Below, in pieces: positions 1-11,925 of a stretch of 64,000 bases of DNA. Origin of the DNA: Macrostomum lignano. Taxonomy: Eukaryota. The stretch covers positions 1,054,001 through 1,118,000 of the forward strand of contig NIVC01000056.1 in NCBI GenBank assembly GCA_002269645.1. The letters are read 5' to 3'. A program made the translations under genes and the position numbers. Each line of letters begins with the position of its first letter. Positions within the stretch are counted from its first letter, which is position 1. Under the pieces are notes generated by a model that worked only from the letters and a program-made list of their open reading frames with translations, searched no databases and was not told the origin of the DNA.

Positions 1-729
1 TTAGGAGTGCAAAATAGCGCTATACCTACTTGTGCATAGAATACGCCCTTACTCCAGCAAAATTGACGACCTCTCTCAGATTGGGGGAAGGACGGGGGAT
101 GAAACTTCCCACGCTTCACTACCCGAAGCCCGAAGGGACTAGATCTTGACTTTGGCCGGTACAAGGACCACTATGAGCACTTCGTTATAATCTAGTGTAG
201 TAGTCCTTGGGCCGGTATTTCGGTATAGTCACTATAAGACCCGGTAAAAGTTGTTAGACACCACAGTTAACGGACAGTCTGACGATTTTTAATTTACGTG
301 CATATGGAGTTGCTCGCGACATGCTTACAATCCCTTGAAGCCGTTGGTTGTCCTCACCGATTCGTCCTAAGAGATCTGACGTCATGTAATACCTGTTGCT
401 AAAAATAGAAATGACGCCTGAAAAAATGAAGTTTCGGAGGGATGCCCAAGAACAGGGATGTTACGCGAGAATGCAGGAGGGGCCGGCCGAGGTGGAGAGG
501 GGGGTGATGTATGCTGTATGCAAATTATAAAGTGGCTTAGAATATAATATGTTAAATTATAGATTCTTCCGGTCAATTTGCAAAATCGACTATTTACAAT
601 ACGTTTTAACCACAACAAAATACACGTCGTCAGGTCAAGTGACAACCAGCCAAATCAAGTTGAGTATTGTCAACTCAGAGTCATCAAAAGACCAACAAGC
701 TCTTCACAATCTCAAAACTTCACAAGCTC

Positions 730-2560
730 GACAATTATCAAGCTCGGAACTTCCCAAGCAGTCAGCTGGAGTCGCCGACGGCGCAACAGTTCGCTGCGAT
801 GGAACAGGCCGGTGCAGCGATAGAGTGCCGCATTGGTGACTCGCTCGTAGCCGATCTTGAAGGCGGCGCGCAGCAGGCCAGCGTGCGCTGCATCGACCTG
901 CTATTCGAGTGATTTCATCAGCGTCCTGATTCAAGACAGCCCTCACAGAACGGAAGGCAGCCCAGGGAAGTCTACGGCGACGTCGCAGATCCTTGCGAAC
1001 GTCCGGCACCAAACCGCCGAGGTAGACAAACTGCTGACAGCGCGGAAACTTCGTCAACTGCCAGTCTGCAGCGCCTCGGCACAAAATTTCAGCCTCGATG
1101 TCATCCAGCACGCGGTCAAGGAGCACGACGGTCTTCTGCGTGTTGACCACCAGGACGACGCTCGCCGCAACGCTTACCAGCCGGTCCAGCTTGCTGTCCT
1201 CAAAGGTCGAGGGCAGCAAGGCGAGATCGTCGGCGTCGACCGAGCAAGGCGTCGACCCACGCGTCGCTGCAGCAGGAAGCCGTCGTCGTTAGAATGGAGA
1301 ACAGTCCGCAGCACCCAGTCAAGCACTAGGACGAACAGGACGATCAAGCACCAGGTGTATCTCCCTGAAGTACCCAAGAGGATGTCTCAAAGAAATCCGA
1401 CAGGCCGTCCGGTGTTACGCTCATAGCACAGCAGCGTTCGCGCCATGATACACCATGACAGCGGAAATCAGCTGCTCTGACACATTATACCCACGAAACA
1501 CCATTGGGAGCACGACCCTCACGACCGAGTCGAAAGCCTTCCTGAAGTCAATAAAGGGAGCAATCAGGCTCGACTTGTGGGTCCGCGGTTCCCCGATGAT
1601 TCGCCGAAGAGCCAGGATCTGCACCACCGTGCCGCGATGGGGCCGGAACCCGTTCTGCTCAGGCCGCAAATACGGGTCCAGCACGGCCTGCAACCGCGAT
1701 AGCAGCATCCGGTAAACAGCTTCTCAGCGCAGGACTGCAGGCAGATATCTCGGTATTCGTCAAGCCGTGTGGGTCCCGCGGCTTCTTCGGAATAGCGACT
1801 ATGTGTGCGGTGGTCCATTCATTGGGTGCCGCCTCACCAAAAAGCACGCGGTTCATCACACTGGCGACCTCGCTGGCCACACAGTGGAGTCGCAGTGCCT
1901 CGATGGGCACCTCGTCCGGACCCAGCGCTTTGCCGCCCGGAGTATTCTGGGCGAGAATCACAACGTCGGCTGTGCTGACTGGTGCTACGTTGAAACTCTC
2001 CTCTGCCGACAACCACGTCCCTGGCGGCAGCCTCAGATCGTTTGGTAGAGGGGCGGCAGCGCGTTGACGATGCCGGCGAAAAACTCGCGCAGCTCATTTT
2101 CTGGGCTCATCCGGAGTGTCGTCAGCCAGGTTGAGCGGGATGTGCCGCTTCCGCCCGATCAGAGCATTGATGGTGGCCCCGGCAACGCCGCGCCCTTTGG
2201 CGTCGGTTTCAGCGGCGGTGACGGCCTGGATGGCGTCGTCAACAGCGGCCTGTTGGCCGCTACAGGTAGACAGCCGCCAGAGTCTCCTCCACCTCGCGAG
2301 TTGGCCGCCTACTCAGACGGAGCCTCTCCGGCTTTGCCCTCGCTTGCCGAATCGCAGGGTCAACCTGCCAGACCGGCTGCCTACGTTGGGCCGGTTGCAT
2401 CAGCAGGAATGCTTGCCCGCACCGAAGGCGCTAGCGAAATGGCGACGGGCCTGGGGGTCTACTTTGAGCGCACGATAAGAGACGTTGCCTTCAAGCTATT
2501 GGCATTGTGCAGAGGAAAGCTCAGCGGCACTCTAGGAATTGTCTTACTATTCGCGTCCAT
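730..2560 (-). mobile_element. Decayed non-LTR retrotransposon (RTE-like LINE); reverse transcriptase region broken by frameshifts and stops
   Basis: Consecutive minus-strand fragments read KALGPDEVPIEAL...IVAIPKKP (1659-2012), LRPEQNGFRPHRGT...FIDFRKAFDSV (1421-1708), LFVLVLDWVLRT (1174-1377), DADDLALL (degenerate YADD, ~1220-1245), QQFVYLGG...WAAF (704-1219) and DAAHAGLLRAAFKIGYERVTNAALY (~800-900). These are RT domain motifs in the correct order but in different frames. Clade assignment is from memory of RTE-type sequences. Confidence 0.9.
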
Positions 2561-3955
2561 TACGATCTAGAAGCAACGCAATGGAGGACAGTGAAGATGC
2601 TAAAATCTCACTGTAAATTGTACATGCACGTTGCTTTCTCACAGTGCATAATACATATGTTTCACTTTCTTTCACTTACTATATGTAATGCATCTGCTGT
2701 TCTACTATATTCAATACGTCTGCTGCTTTGTTTCTGCAAATAAAATATTCGGCGAATAAAAAATTGGCATAAATGTCTACTGTCTACTGAGTATGCTACT
2801 TAGCATTTTAATTTGGCATCACAACCCAACATTGACAAGACAATTTTGAGCTTTCTGTAGATTTCTGTGATTTTCTGGTTTAAAATATTGGCTGTACGTA
2901 CATTAGTTAGGTATAAACTACCGTTCAAATAAGCACAAGCAGACAGCGGACAAAGTCAATGTCAACTTCAGCCAAAAAATCTGTAGTTTCCCAAGTCCCA
3001 AGTCCCGAGTTTCCAGTTCATAAGTATTGAGTTCGAAGACAGCTACATAGGACCTTTCACTGCTCGATCGTTTTCGCAAAGGTTCACACAGCGCCGCCCT
3101 TCTGAGAACGCTGATGGAAAGAACCTATAGGTGACTTTGGAAACTATCGACCTTTTTTGTCTTCCTTTCACCTTTCACCTTGCGAATCTCCATTGTCTGC
3201 GCCGCAGACATAAAAAGCGCTTGTCCGGGCTCTCTGTTTCTCTCTGACAATGACAGACTGCAACCAGAGACAGGATGAGATCGATTCTGTGTCCTCTTCT
3301 GCACATCTTGCTTGGATTAAATTCAGTGTGTGCGATTCCAACTTTGGGCTGCAAAATGCTATGTTAGTGCTTACTGCTATAGTTACTGGGTATTATTTTT
3401 GGGTATCGACTTTCACAAATAATCTTTCAGTGTCAATGGCCCAAACTCTAGCAAAATGCAGCAACCTTTTCAGCCCCATCACGCTTAAAATAACAATTGA
3501 AATTCTGTTTTATACCGAAGATGGGGCCCTTAAGAGAAAAATATTTTCGCCAATCTCGAGAGGTGTTTACTAATTCCATGGATGAAAATATTATTCTGCG
3601 GGGAAAAAGTCGCACCATGTGGCTGTTGATCGTCGCCCTCTCCATTCTGGCACATTGTGGCACACTGAGCTGCTCGAGTTTGGGGCGGATCATCTCTTCT
3701 ACTAGCTCATTAGGTACTGTAGGAGCAGCAATGCTTCGAGTATTCTAAAATACTGTTTTGTGCCTCGCGCAGAAGAGAACAATAGGACACTCGGGTGAAA
3801 ATAGAACTTGTTGAACCTAAACCTAAACCTAGAAACCTAGATGAAGAAGGTGATAACAAAATATTGACAGAATTTTTTACATAATTATTTTCCTAGGACT
3901 ACTAATTTAAGAGACAGCATCTGGATTGGACTTTACACTCGCAGTTTACTCAAGC

Positions 3956-4653
3956 AGTGTGCAATCTCTCTCAGTCCTTAACAGGATTAGAATTTTCTGG
4001 ACACCCGGTCACAGCAATATCCTGGGCAACGAGCTCGCAGACTTTCTCACCAAGGAGGGCAGCAACCCAGATGGCAACCACCGTCTGATGAGGCTACCTA
4101 TTTCTAGGTCACAAGTCACCCGCCATATCAACAGGTGGCTCCACCAGCAACACCAGCTCCATTGGAACAGCTGCACCGACTACAGACAGACCCGCTCCTA
4201 ACCTAACAAGAAAGTCTCTGAATATCTGATCTCACTTAACAGAACCGACCTCAGGGAGATGTCCATGGTCCTAACCGGCTCGAGACATATCTCGTTGCAA
4301 ACCGGTTGCCCTCCCACCTGTCCTTTCTGTGGCATGGGAGAGGAGACCGCGGAGCATCACGTCACCTTCTGCCCTCACTTCAACAAGGCGCGGTACAAAT
4401 ACCTCGGCCATCCCCAGCGGATGGACGAGCTGACCAACCCCTGGACAATATCCGTGACCCTCGCGCCTTCGTCCGAGATACCGGCCGGATGAGGGTCGCC
4501 GATGCCTCCTCTAAAAACCTGCCGACTACTGGCTGGGGCTGGCCGCACCCCCAAGCTTAAGCCCTGGTCTCTTTTACCTTGGGGGGTTGCGATAGGGCCT
4601 CACGGTCTATTCGCGGCGCCTTCGGCTCTCGTCAGTAGTAGTAAGTAAGTAAG
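3956..4653 (+). mobile_element. 5'-truncated non-LTR retrotransposon (I/LOA/Tad1-group): RNase H C-terminus, CCHC knuckle, 3' UTR and (TAAG)n tail
   Basis: FWTPGHSNILGNELADFLTKEG matches the RNase H motif WxPGHxGIxGNExAD. [19 protein letters not shown] is a CCHC zinc knuckle. There is an in-frame TAA at ~4199. The tail AGTAGTAGTAAGTAAGTAAG lies at ~4634-4653. The element is flanked by the direct repeat TACTCAAGC at 3947-3955 and 4654-4662 (TSD). Confidence 0.9.
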
Positions 4654-5155
4654 TACTCAAGCCATTCCCACGATTCACTACGATTGTACGCCCTTCTGTA
4701 TGTTCGGGCCTGCTCGATGTTCATGTATGCACTGAGAGAGTAAAAAGTTGAGTTCAGTATATTTTGGGAAACATCGAAGTCAGGTATTTTCAAGTTTTCT
4801 CGATAACCAAAAAACGGAGCTGGACGATGCTAATTTCAAAGATTCACTGGTGTCAAAACCACAACAGGTTCTGCCGTGTGTTTTCGTCGAGCGAGACAAT
4901 GAAAATAAAATACCCGAGCTGGTTTGACCTCTAAAAAAATAAGGCTGCTAATTTTAGCCGTTTCTTAGACCAGTAAATACACGATTTTCTTTTCTGTTAT
5001 TGTCATGTTTTTACCATCTGAAGCCTCTCTGTTCCTCGGTTGAACCAAACAAGTTGTTGATAGAAACGATTTAGCTGGTAAATATTATTCAAGAACAATG
5101 CAAAACTGAGCAGGGATGAGTTTAGGCTGCAAAACATCAAAATACAGGACGGCTC

Positions 5156-5163
5156 TATAAATA
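5156..5163 (+). promoter_or_regulatory. Candidate TATA box of the vWA gene
   Basis: TATAAATA about 125 nt upstream of the ATG at 5288. Supported by motif and position only. Confidence 0.45.
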
Positions 5164-5287
5164 CGAGAGCTGCACAGCTAGAAATGACCGCTCTATAAGC
5201 CGACTTGAAGCTGCTGCATAAGCATTAAGTAGTTTGCTTCAATTAAGCTCCAAGCCCTTGACACTACTAGCGCTCGAGTTGCTAGAC

Positions 5288-8200
5288 ATGAAGGCATACG
5301 AGACTCTGCTGCTCCCGCTAGCAGCCGTTCTACTCGTCGGAGTGTCTGGTCGTGTTGGTGAGTTTTGACATCTGTTTATCAGCGCTCACTTTTCCTAGGT
5401 TCTACCATAGCTCTGTTTAAGAATGTTTAAAAATGCGCAACATTTCCAAACCTACAGTCCTGGTAGATCCTGTTTGCAAAGACTGCCCGTCGAAGAACTG
5501 CACCTACGACGAGAAGTTGAGATGCTCCTGCGTCGGGTTGAATCGCACAATCGAGATTGTCAATCCCGGAGATCGCGAATACGCTAACGTATCGCTGGGA
5601 TTCGCCATCGACCGAAGCGGAAGCATGCGAACCGAAATCTCCTCCGTGAAGTCAAGCATCCAGGCTGTTGTCAGTGAGTGCTGTATTTTCAATTTGCTTT
5701 TTTATTTAGCCATAGCTAAGAGCTGGTGAATCAGGTGGCGAATCTTCGATTGAAATCTTCAGCAGAACTCTAACCAAACTGGTTTGCCTTCATTGGTTTA
5801 AGCAATTCTAAGACAGACACAAATAAACAAATTATGAACTTATTATTTATTAATTGCAGCCGCCACATCCGGAATTTTCGACAAGTACGTGATCGGCACG
5901 TTCAGCGATCCATACACATCACATGTCGTCGAATCCGATGATGTGGCGACCATCAACACGTTCGTCAGCGGCATCTCCGCCTCCGCTGGCGGCGACTGTC
6001 CGGAAATGGCGCTTCAGGGCATCCGTGAAGTGGCCCAGCGAGTTAGCGAAGGCTCCGTAATCTTTGTCTTTACCGATGCCAGCTCCAAAGACCTGCACCT
6101 GGAGTCCAGCGTGCAAGATTTGCTGCTGTCGAAGAACATAAGGCTGAATGTCATGGCCACTGGATCACTGTGCGGTAAAGGCGAGGAGTTCACCAGACTG
6201 ACGGACGCCACTAGTGGCACAATTTACAAAACGCCCAACAAAGCTGATGTTGATTACGTCATGAACTATATTAAGAATTTTGCCAAGTACGGAATCCGCT
6301 TCATCCGAGGCATGCCAACCACTCTGATTGATCTGAAGGAGATCGCCAACGGAAGTAAGTACCTGCGCTGAAGCTTTATAGGCTCGATAGGCTGCTCATA
6401 AATTATTTAATATGCACATTCTCACTTGTCTCCCTTTTTCAGCCTGCTCGTGCCGGTCCATTGTGGAGAACCTCGTCTGCATTCCACCAGACGAAGATGA
6501 GTGCCCGTGCCCCGAAGGCTACGAGAGAGTTGAAGTGAGAAAGAAAGTCTGTCGACTGTGCCGGCCGCCGCCGCCGCCGCCGCCACCGCGGCCGAAGTTC
6601 GGCTCTCTTGGCTTCGTAATTGATCACTCCGGATCGATGGGCAGCGAGATCAGCGCAGTTAAGGCGAGCATCAAAGCCATTCTCGCTGCCAACAAGCTGT
6701 TCAAAGACTACGTAATCGGCAAGTTCAATGATCCCTACAAGAAAAGTGTGATCCGATCCAGCAACAAAGGCACCATCGTCAGCTTCTTGAACGCGATCAC
6801 TGCCACGGGTGGAGCGGACTGTCCCGAGTACTCGATGTCGGGCCTGCGGGACGCCGTGAAACTCGCCAAGAAGAGGTCGGTCATCATTATGTTTACCGAC
6901 GCGTCGGCCAAGGATGCCGGTATGAAGAATATGGTAGCCTCGCTATTCAAAGCCAAAAAATCCAGGCTGTTTGTTGTTGCGACCGGCAACCTTTGTGGAC
7001 GACGGTACTCCAAAGAGTACCACTATGTGGCTAAGGAGTCGGGCGGTGCCGTCATATCCTTGTCTAGCAAGTCGTTTGTGTCTGATGTGAGTTATTAATT
7101 TTTTGTCCAAAAATTTGCTTTTTTCTTTGTGAAGATTAAAAACTATTCAGAAAGAAACCTACCTAAAATTATTCAAGGTTTTGTCCTTCATCAAGAAGGC
7201 TGCCGCTGGAGACGTGTCTTTCGACGAGTTCCCCAAAGATGAGCACGAACTAACGACTCCGAAACCAATACGTAAGTTGTGCTTCAAGATTGCTAGCATT
7301 TTCCATTGTTTTGAATATCCTTTTTCGTACCTGAAATAACAATGAGATCGTTTTTTCCATATTACAGACTGCTGCAGCATCACTGTAGTACGACGGTGTA
7401 AAAAGGTGAAACGTAAGTCAATTCTTTGATAGAATTTATTGCCACTTTAGCAAGGCATGTCATTTCTTCTAGTGCGAACACCATCGCAAACCGAATTGTT
7501 TCAGTGCCCTGCCCACCCGGCTATAGTCGAGTGGTGATGCGGCAGAAAGTGTGTCCGATGCTACCGCAGTGCCCGGTGAGACGGGCCGGCTCCTTAGGCT
7601 TCATCATCGATGACAGCGGCTCGATGGGAGCGGAGATTTTCGCCGTCAAATCGCAAATCACCAGCATCATCAGCAAAAACGTGCGCTTTTTTGACTACGT
7701 TATGGGCAGATTCGGCGACCCCTACGTGAAAAACGTGATCCGATCAGCTGATGAGTCGGAGATCCTGGACTTCCTGGGCGACATCACCCCTTCAGGCGGA
7801 GCCGATTGTCCAGAGTTCGCCATGTCGGCGCTCGAGGATGCCGCTATGCTGGCTCGAGATTACTCGATTTTCATCCTCTTCACTGACGCCGCCGCCAAGG
7901 ACTCCCACAAGCTGTTGTCAGTAGCCGCTCTTTTGAATTCGAAGAACATCAAACTGTTCGTGGTTGCTACTGGGACTCTGTGCGGTCCGAAAGTCTATTC
8001 CGAAGAATTTCACGACCTGGCCAGTCGGACAGGCGGCGCTGTGATGACGTTAACAGCCAAGACGTCCATCAGCGAGGTTGGCACTACTTTTATCACTTCG
8101 TGCTAAACCAGATCCAATAAGACATTCCATTAGTAACTATTTGATACTTAACATTTTTCAGGTTCTCGAATTTATCGGCATGGCCGCTTCAGGGGAAGCA

Positions 8201-8883
8201 TCGTTCCATCACTTTCCGGAGTCTTTGTCCGAACTGAGAAAGTTGAAATGTAAGCCTTTTTGACACCTATATATTATAGTTATCTAGTTATATCTAGTTT
8301 AGCTCTTCGATCATTACTCTGCTCGAATAGACACGCTAGAAATACGAGCTATAAATGATTGCCTTAGTGATTTGTTTTGGTGTATATACGAACCGTATAC
8401 CTCATGTCTTTTATAGGCAAGAAGTGCTGGGTACAGGAGGTCTCGACCTGCTGTTGCCACGGCATCGGCGATGGCTGCCACTTCCATCACGGACACCATC
8501 ACCATCACCCTCACCATCATCACGACCACGGCCACGGCTGCGGCTGCGGCCACGGACACGGCCATGGCTACGGCTACGGACACGGACACGGCCACGGCTG
8601 CGGCTGCGGCCACGGCCACGGCTACGGCTACGGCCACGGCTATGGCTACGGCCACGGACACGGCCACGGCCACGGCTGCGGCTGCGGCCACCACCACGGC
8701 CACGGCCACGGCCACGACCACGGCCACGGCCACGGCCACGGCCACGGCCACGGCCACGGCCACGGCCACGGCCACGGCCACGGCCACGGCCACGGCCACG
8801 GCTACGAACACGGCCACGGCTACGAACACGAACACGGCTACGAACACGATCACCATGGCCCGCCTTACCCTTACAAAGGCTAA
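5288..8883 (+). CDS. Secreted protein (~893 aa): signal peptide, three hemicentin/VWA7-type vWA domains with Cys-rich linkers, and a C-terminal His/Gly(Tyr,Cys)-rich tail
   Basis: Exons 5288-5357, 5467(or 5458)-5673, 5860-6354, 6443-7086, 7178-7271, 7368-7412, 7505-8076, 8162-8249, 8417-8883. All introns are GT-AG, all phases are compatible, and the total is 2682 nt. Signal peptide MKAYETLLLPLAAVLLVGVSG. MIDAS motifs DRSGS, DHSGS and DDSGS are each followed by GG(A)DCPE and F/MFTDA, as in the hemicentin-1 N-terminal vWA domain. The last exon encodes ...CCCHGIGDGCHFHHGHHHHHPHHHHDHGHGCGCGHGHGHGYGYG...(HG)n...YEHDHHGPPYPYKG*. Confidence 0.9.
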
Positions 8884-9236
8884 AACAGTTTTGCTAAAGA
8901 AATCATTGTATGACTTACGCTGCTCGCGACTGAAGCCTATCGAACATCAACGTACTCGTAATTAATTAATGTAAATTTTACAATTAATGAGTCCATACCA
9001 AAAATTGTCACGACGAAATGACAGCGCTTGACACAAGCCAAGTATTTTTATTTTCTAACTATTAGTGCATCGACCATACTTTCTTTGCTTTGGCAAAAAA
9101 ATATCAACATGTTTTCACATTGCCTGGGCCAAGACCTGTTGAAACTTTGTGTGTAAATAAACAGCTGCGCCTCGACTGTTTATCGTACTTATTGAAACAC
9201 CAATAAGAAACCGAATTAGCTTGCTACTTTCTATTT

Positions 9237-9394
<158 letters not shown>

Positions 9395-9892
9395 GTCTGT
9401 AAGTATGTATCCCAGATCAGCATTGGGTAAAGAATAAGTGTTCCAAGCTACACACTGACAGAATAGTGGCTCAATTGTATGACAAGTCGAATTGTTTGTC
9501 ACTTATTATTTACAAGTGACATCCTATATTTGATGAGGATCCAAAATGCACCAACATCAAAACCAAAGACAGTAAAAAATCTGCTAGACCAAGTATTCTT
9601 CTATGAAAAAATTGGCGTTGCGTTTGAAAAAGAATTTGATTCATTGCGCTTTTCCATGTTTCAATATATTATGAAGAATAAGTTAGTTCGTTCAAATAAA
9701 ATCATAAATTATAAAATTCTGTACCTTCAACTGCATGCTTTAGCAAAATAAGTTTCAATAAAACAATGTGATTGTTTTGAAGTTTCTGAGCACATTCAGC
9801 ATTTCTGGTTATTGAAGTTAATGCCCTGTGCGATTTTCTATATTATTTTTTGAAAATTTTGAGAATGTTGCGTGCCATATTTTAGAATATAT

Positions 9893-10300
9893 GAAGCCAA
9901 TCAAAGCCACTGCCACAGAACTACACTCGGCCATAGACAATAAAGCCAATCAAAGTCACAGCCACAGAACTGCACTCGGCCATAGACAATAAAGCCAATC
10001 AAAGTCACAGCCACAGAACTACACTCGGCCATAGACAATAAAGCCAATCAAAGCCACAGCCACAGAACTGCACTCGGCCATAGACAATAAAGCCAATCAA
10101 AGCCACAGCCACAGAACTGCACTCGGCCATAGACAATCAAGCCAATCAAAGCCACAGCCACAGAACTGCACTCGGCCATAGACAATAAAGCCAATCAAAG
10201 CCACACTGCCACAGAACTGCACTCGGCCATAGACAATCAAGCCAATCAAAGCCACACTGCCACAGAACTGCACTCGGCCATAGACAATATAGCCAACCAA
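9893..10300. repeat. ~49-bp minisatellite
   Basis: About 8 tandem copies of AAAGCCAATCAAAGCCACAGCCACAGAACTGCACTCGGCCATAGACAAT. Confidence 0.95.
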
Positions 10301-10829
10301 GCAGACAGCTGGCAATTCCAAGCCTGCACTCTCCTACCAGCTCTCCCAGCCAGCTTTTCAAGGCTCTGCGCTTTGGTTAAAAGACAATCACGTAGAGAAT
10401 TTCAACTTGACTGACTTTTTGGATCAGTGCGGTTTGCATGTTTATGTTCACTGTACATCCTACTTGTTTACTTGTTTAGCTTCTGAATCTGACAGTAGTA
10501 TATGGAGAGCATTTATCGATATGATTGAATAACTAGTTTTAAGGATTTATAGGCAGATAAATCAGTAGGCAGTATAGGCAGTATTCTTACTAGCAATCTA
10601 GTGCGGCCCCCCTTCGGGGCGCCCAATAAGCAAGGAGCAAAAATAGTTCATGGAAAACAATTAAAGAAGAACATTTTCTTAAAAGCACATTCCACTTTTA
10701 AAAATCACCTTATTCATGTAAAATTGTCACGGACAATGATATTTGCTATGAATCTCTTTTTTTCTAAAATTAACAAACAGGCAACAAAATATAGCTTTCA
10801 CAAAGATAACAGACATTCCCCCTAAATAG

Positions 10830-11925
10830 AAAATATTCCCAAGACAGCAAGCATCCCCCCCAGATAGCAAGCACCCCCCTCCAAAAGTAAGCAACCGCAA
10901 ATAGCAAGCATCCCCTAATACTCGTAGCAAGCATCCACCCAGATAGCAAGCATCACCCCAGATAGCAAGCATCCTGCAGATAGAAGCATCCACCCAGATA
11001 GGCTGAGATAGCAAGCATCCTGCAGATAGCAAGCATCCACCCAGATAGGCTGAGATAGCAAGCATCCTGCAGATAGAAGCATCCACCCAGATAGGCTGAG
11101 ATAGCAAGCATCCTGCAGATAGCAAGCATCACCCCAGATAGCAAGCATCCTGCAGATAGAAGCATCCACCCAGATAGGCTGAGATAGCAAGCATCCTGCA
11201 GATAGCAAGCATCCACCCAGATAGGCTGAGATAGCAAGCATCCTGCAGATAGCAAGCATCCACCCAGATAGCAAGCATCCTGCAGATAGCAAGCATCCCC
11301 TAATACTCGTAGCAAGCATCTACCCAGATAGCAAGCATCACCCCAGATAGCAAGCATCCTGCAGATAGCAAGCATCCTGCAGATAGCAAGCACCCCCCTC
11401 CAAAAGTAAGCAACCGCAAATAGCAAGCATCCCCTAATACTCGTAGCAAGCATCTACCCAGATAGCAAGCATCACCCCAGATAGCAAGCATCCTGCAGAT
11501 AGAAGCATCCACCCAGATAGGCTGAGATAGCAAGCATCCTGCAGATAGCAAGCATCACCCCAGATAGGCTGAGATAGCAAGCATCCTGCAGATAGCAAGC
11601 ATCACCCCAGATAGCAAGCATCCTGCAGATAGAAGCATCCACCCAGATAGGCTGAGATAGCAAGCATCCTGCAGATAGCAAGCATCCACCCAGATAGGCT
11701 GAGATAGCAAGCATCCTGCAGATAGCAAGCATCCACCCAGATAGCAAGCATCCTGCAGATAGCAAGCATCCCCTAATACTCGTAGCAAGCATCTACCCAG
11801 ATAGCAAGCATCCCCTAATACTCGTAGCAAGCATCTACCCAGATAGCAAGCATCACCCCAGATAGCAAGCATCCTGCAGATAGCAAGCATCCTGCAGATA
11901 GCAAGCATCCCCCAGATAGAAGCAT
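10830..11925. repeat. Complex minisatellite built on GATAGCAAGCATC modules
   Basis: Mixed units such as GATAGCAAGCATCCTGCA, GATAGCAAGCATCCACCCA and GATAGGCTGA with higher-order recurrence. Confidence 0.95.

Noticed and set aside
90-250. Short inverted and direct motifs (CAAGGAC/GTCCTTG, repeated CCGGTA, CCCGAAGGG-ACTAG) suggesting a structured RNA or TE end
   Set aside because: The pairings are short and I cannot assign them to any RNA family or element. The region is also near the window edge.
857-2570. Plus-strand ORFs of 189 aa (857-1426) and 168 aa (2064-2570)
   Set aside because: They are antisense shadows of the GC-rich minus-strand RT element and carry no recognisable motifs.
8314-8965. 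Alternative-frame ORFs over the HG tail (poly-VA, poly-RP, poly-TA)
   Set aside because: Only the His/Gly frame is reached in phase from the upstream exon, and it shows synonymous-type variation.
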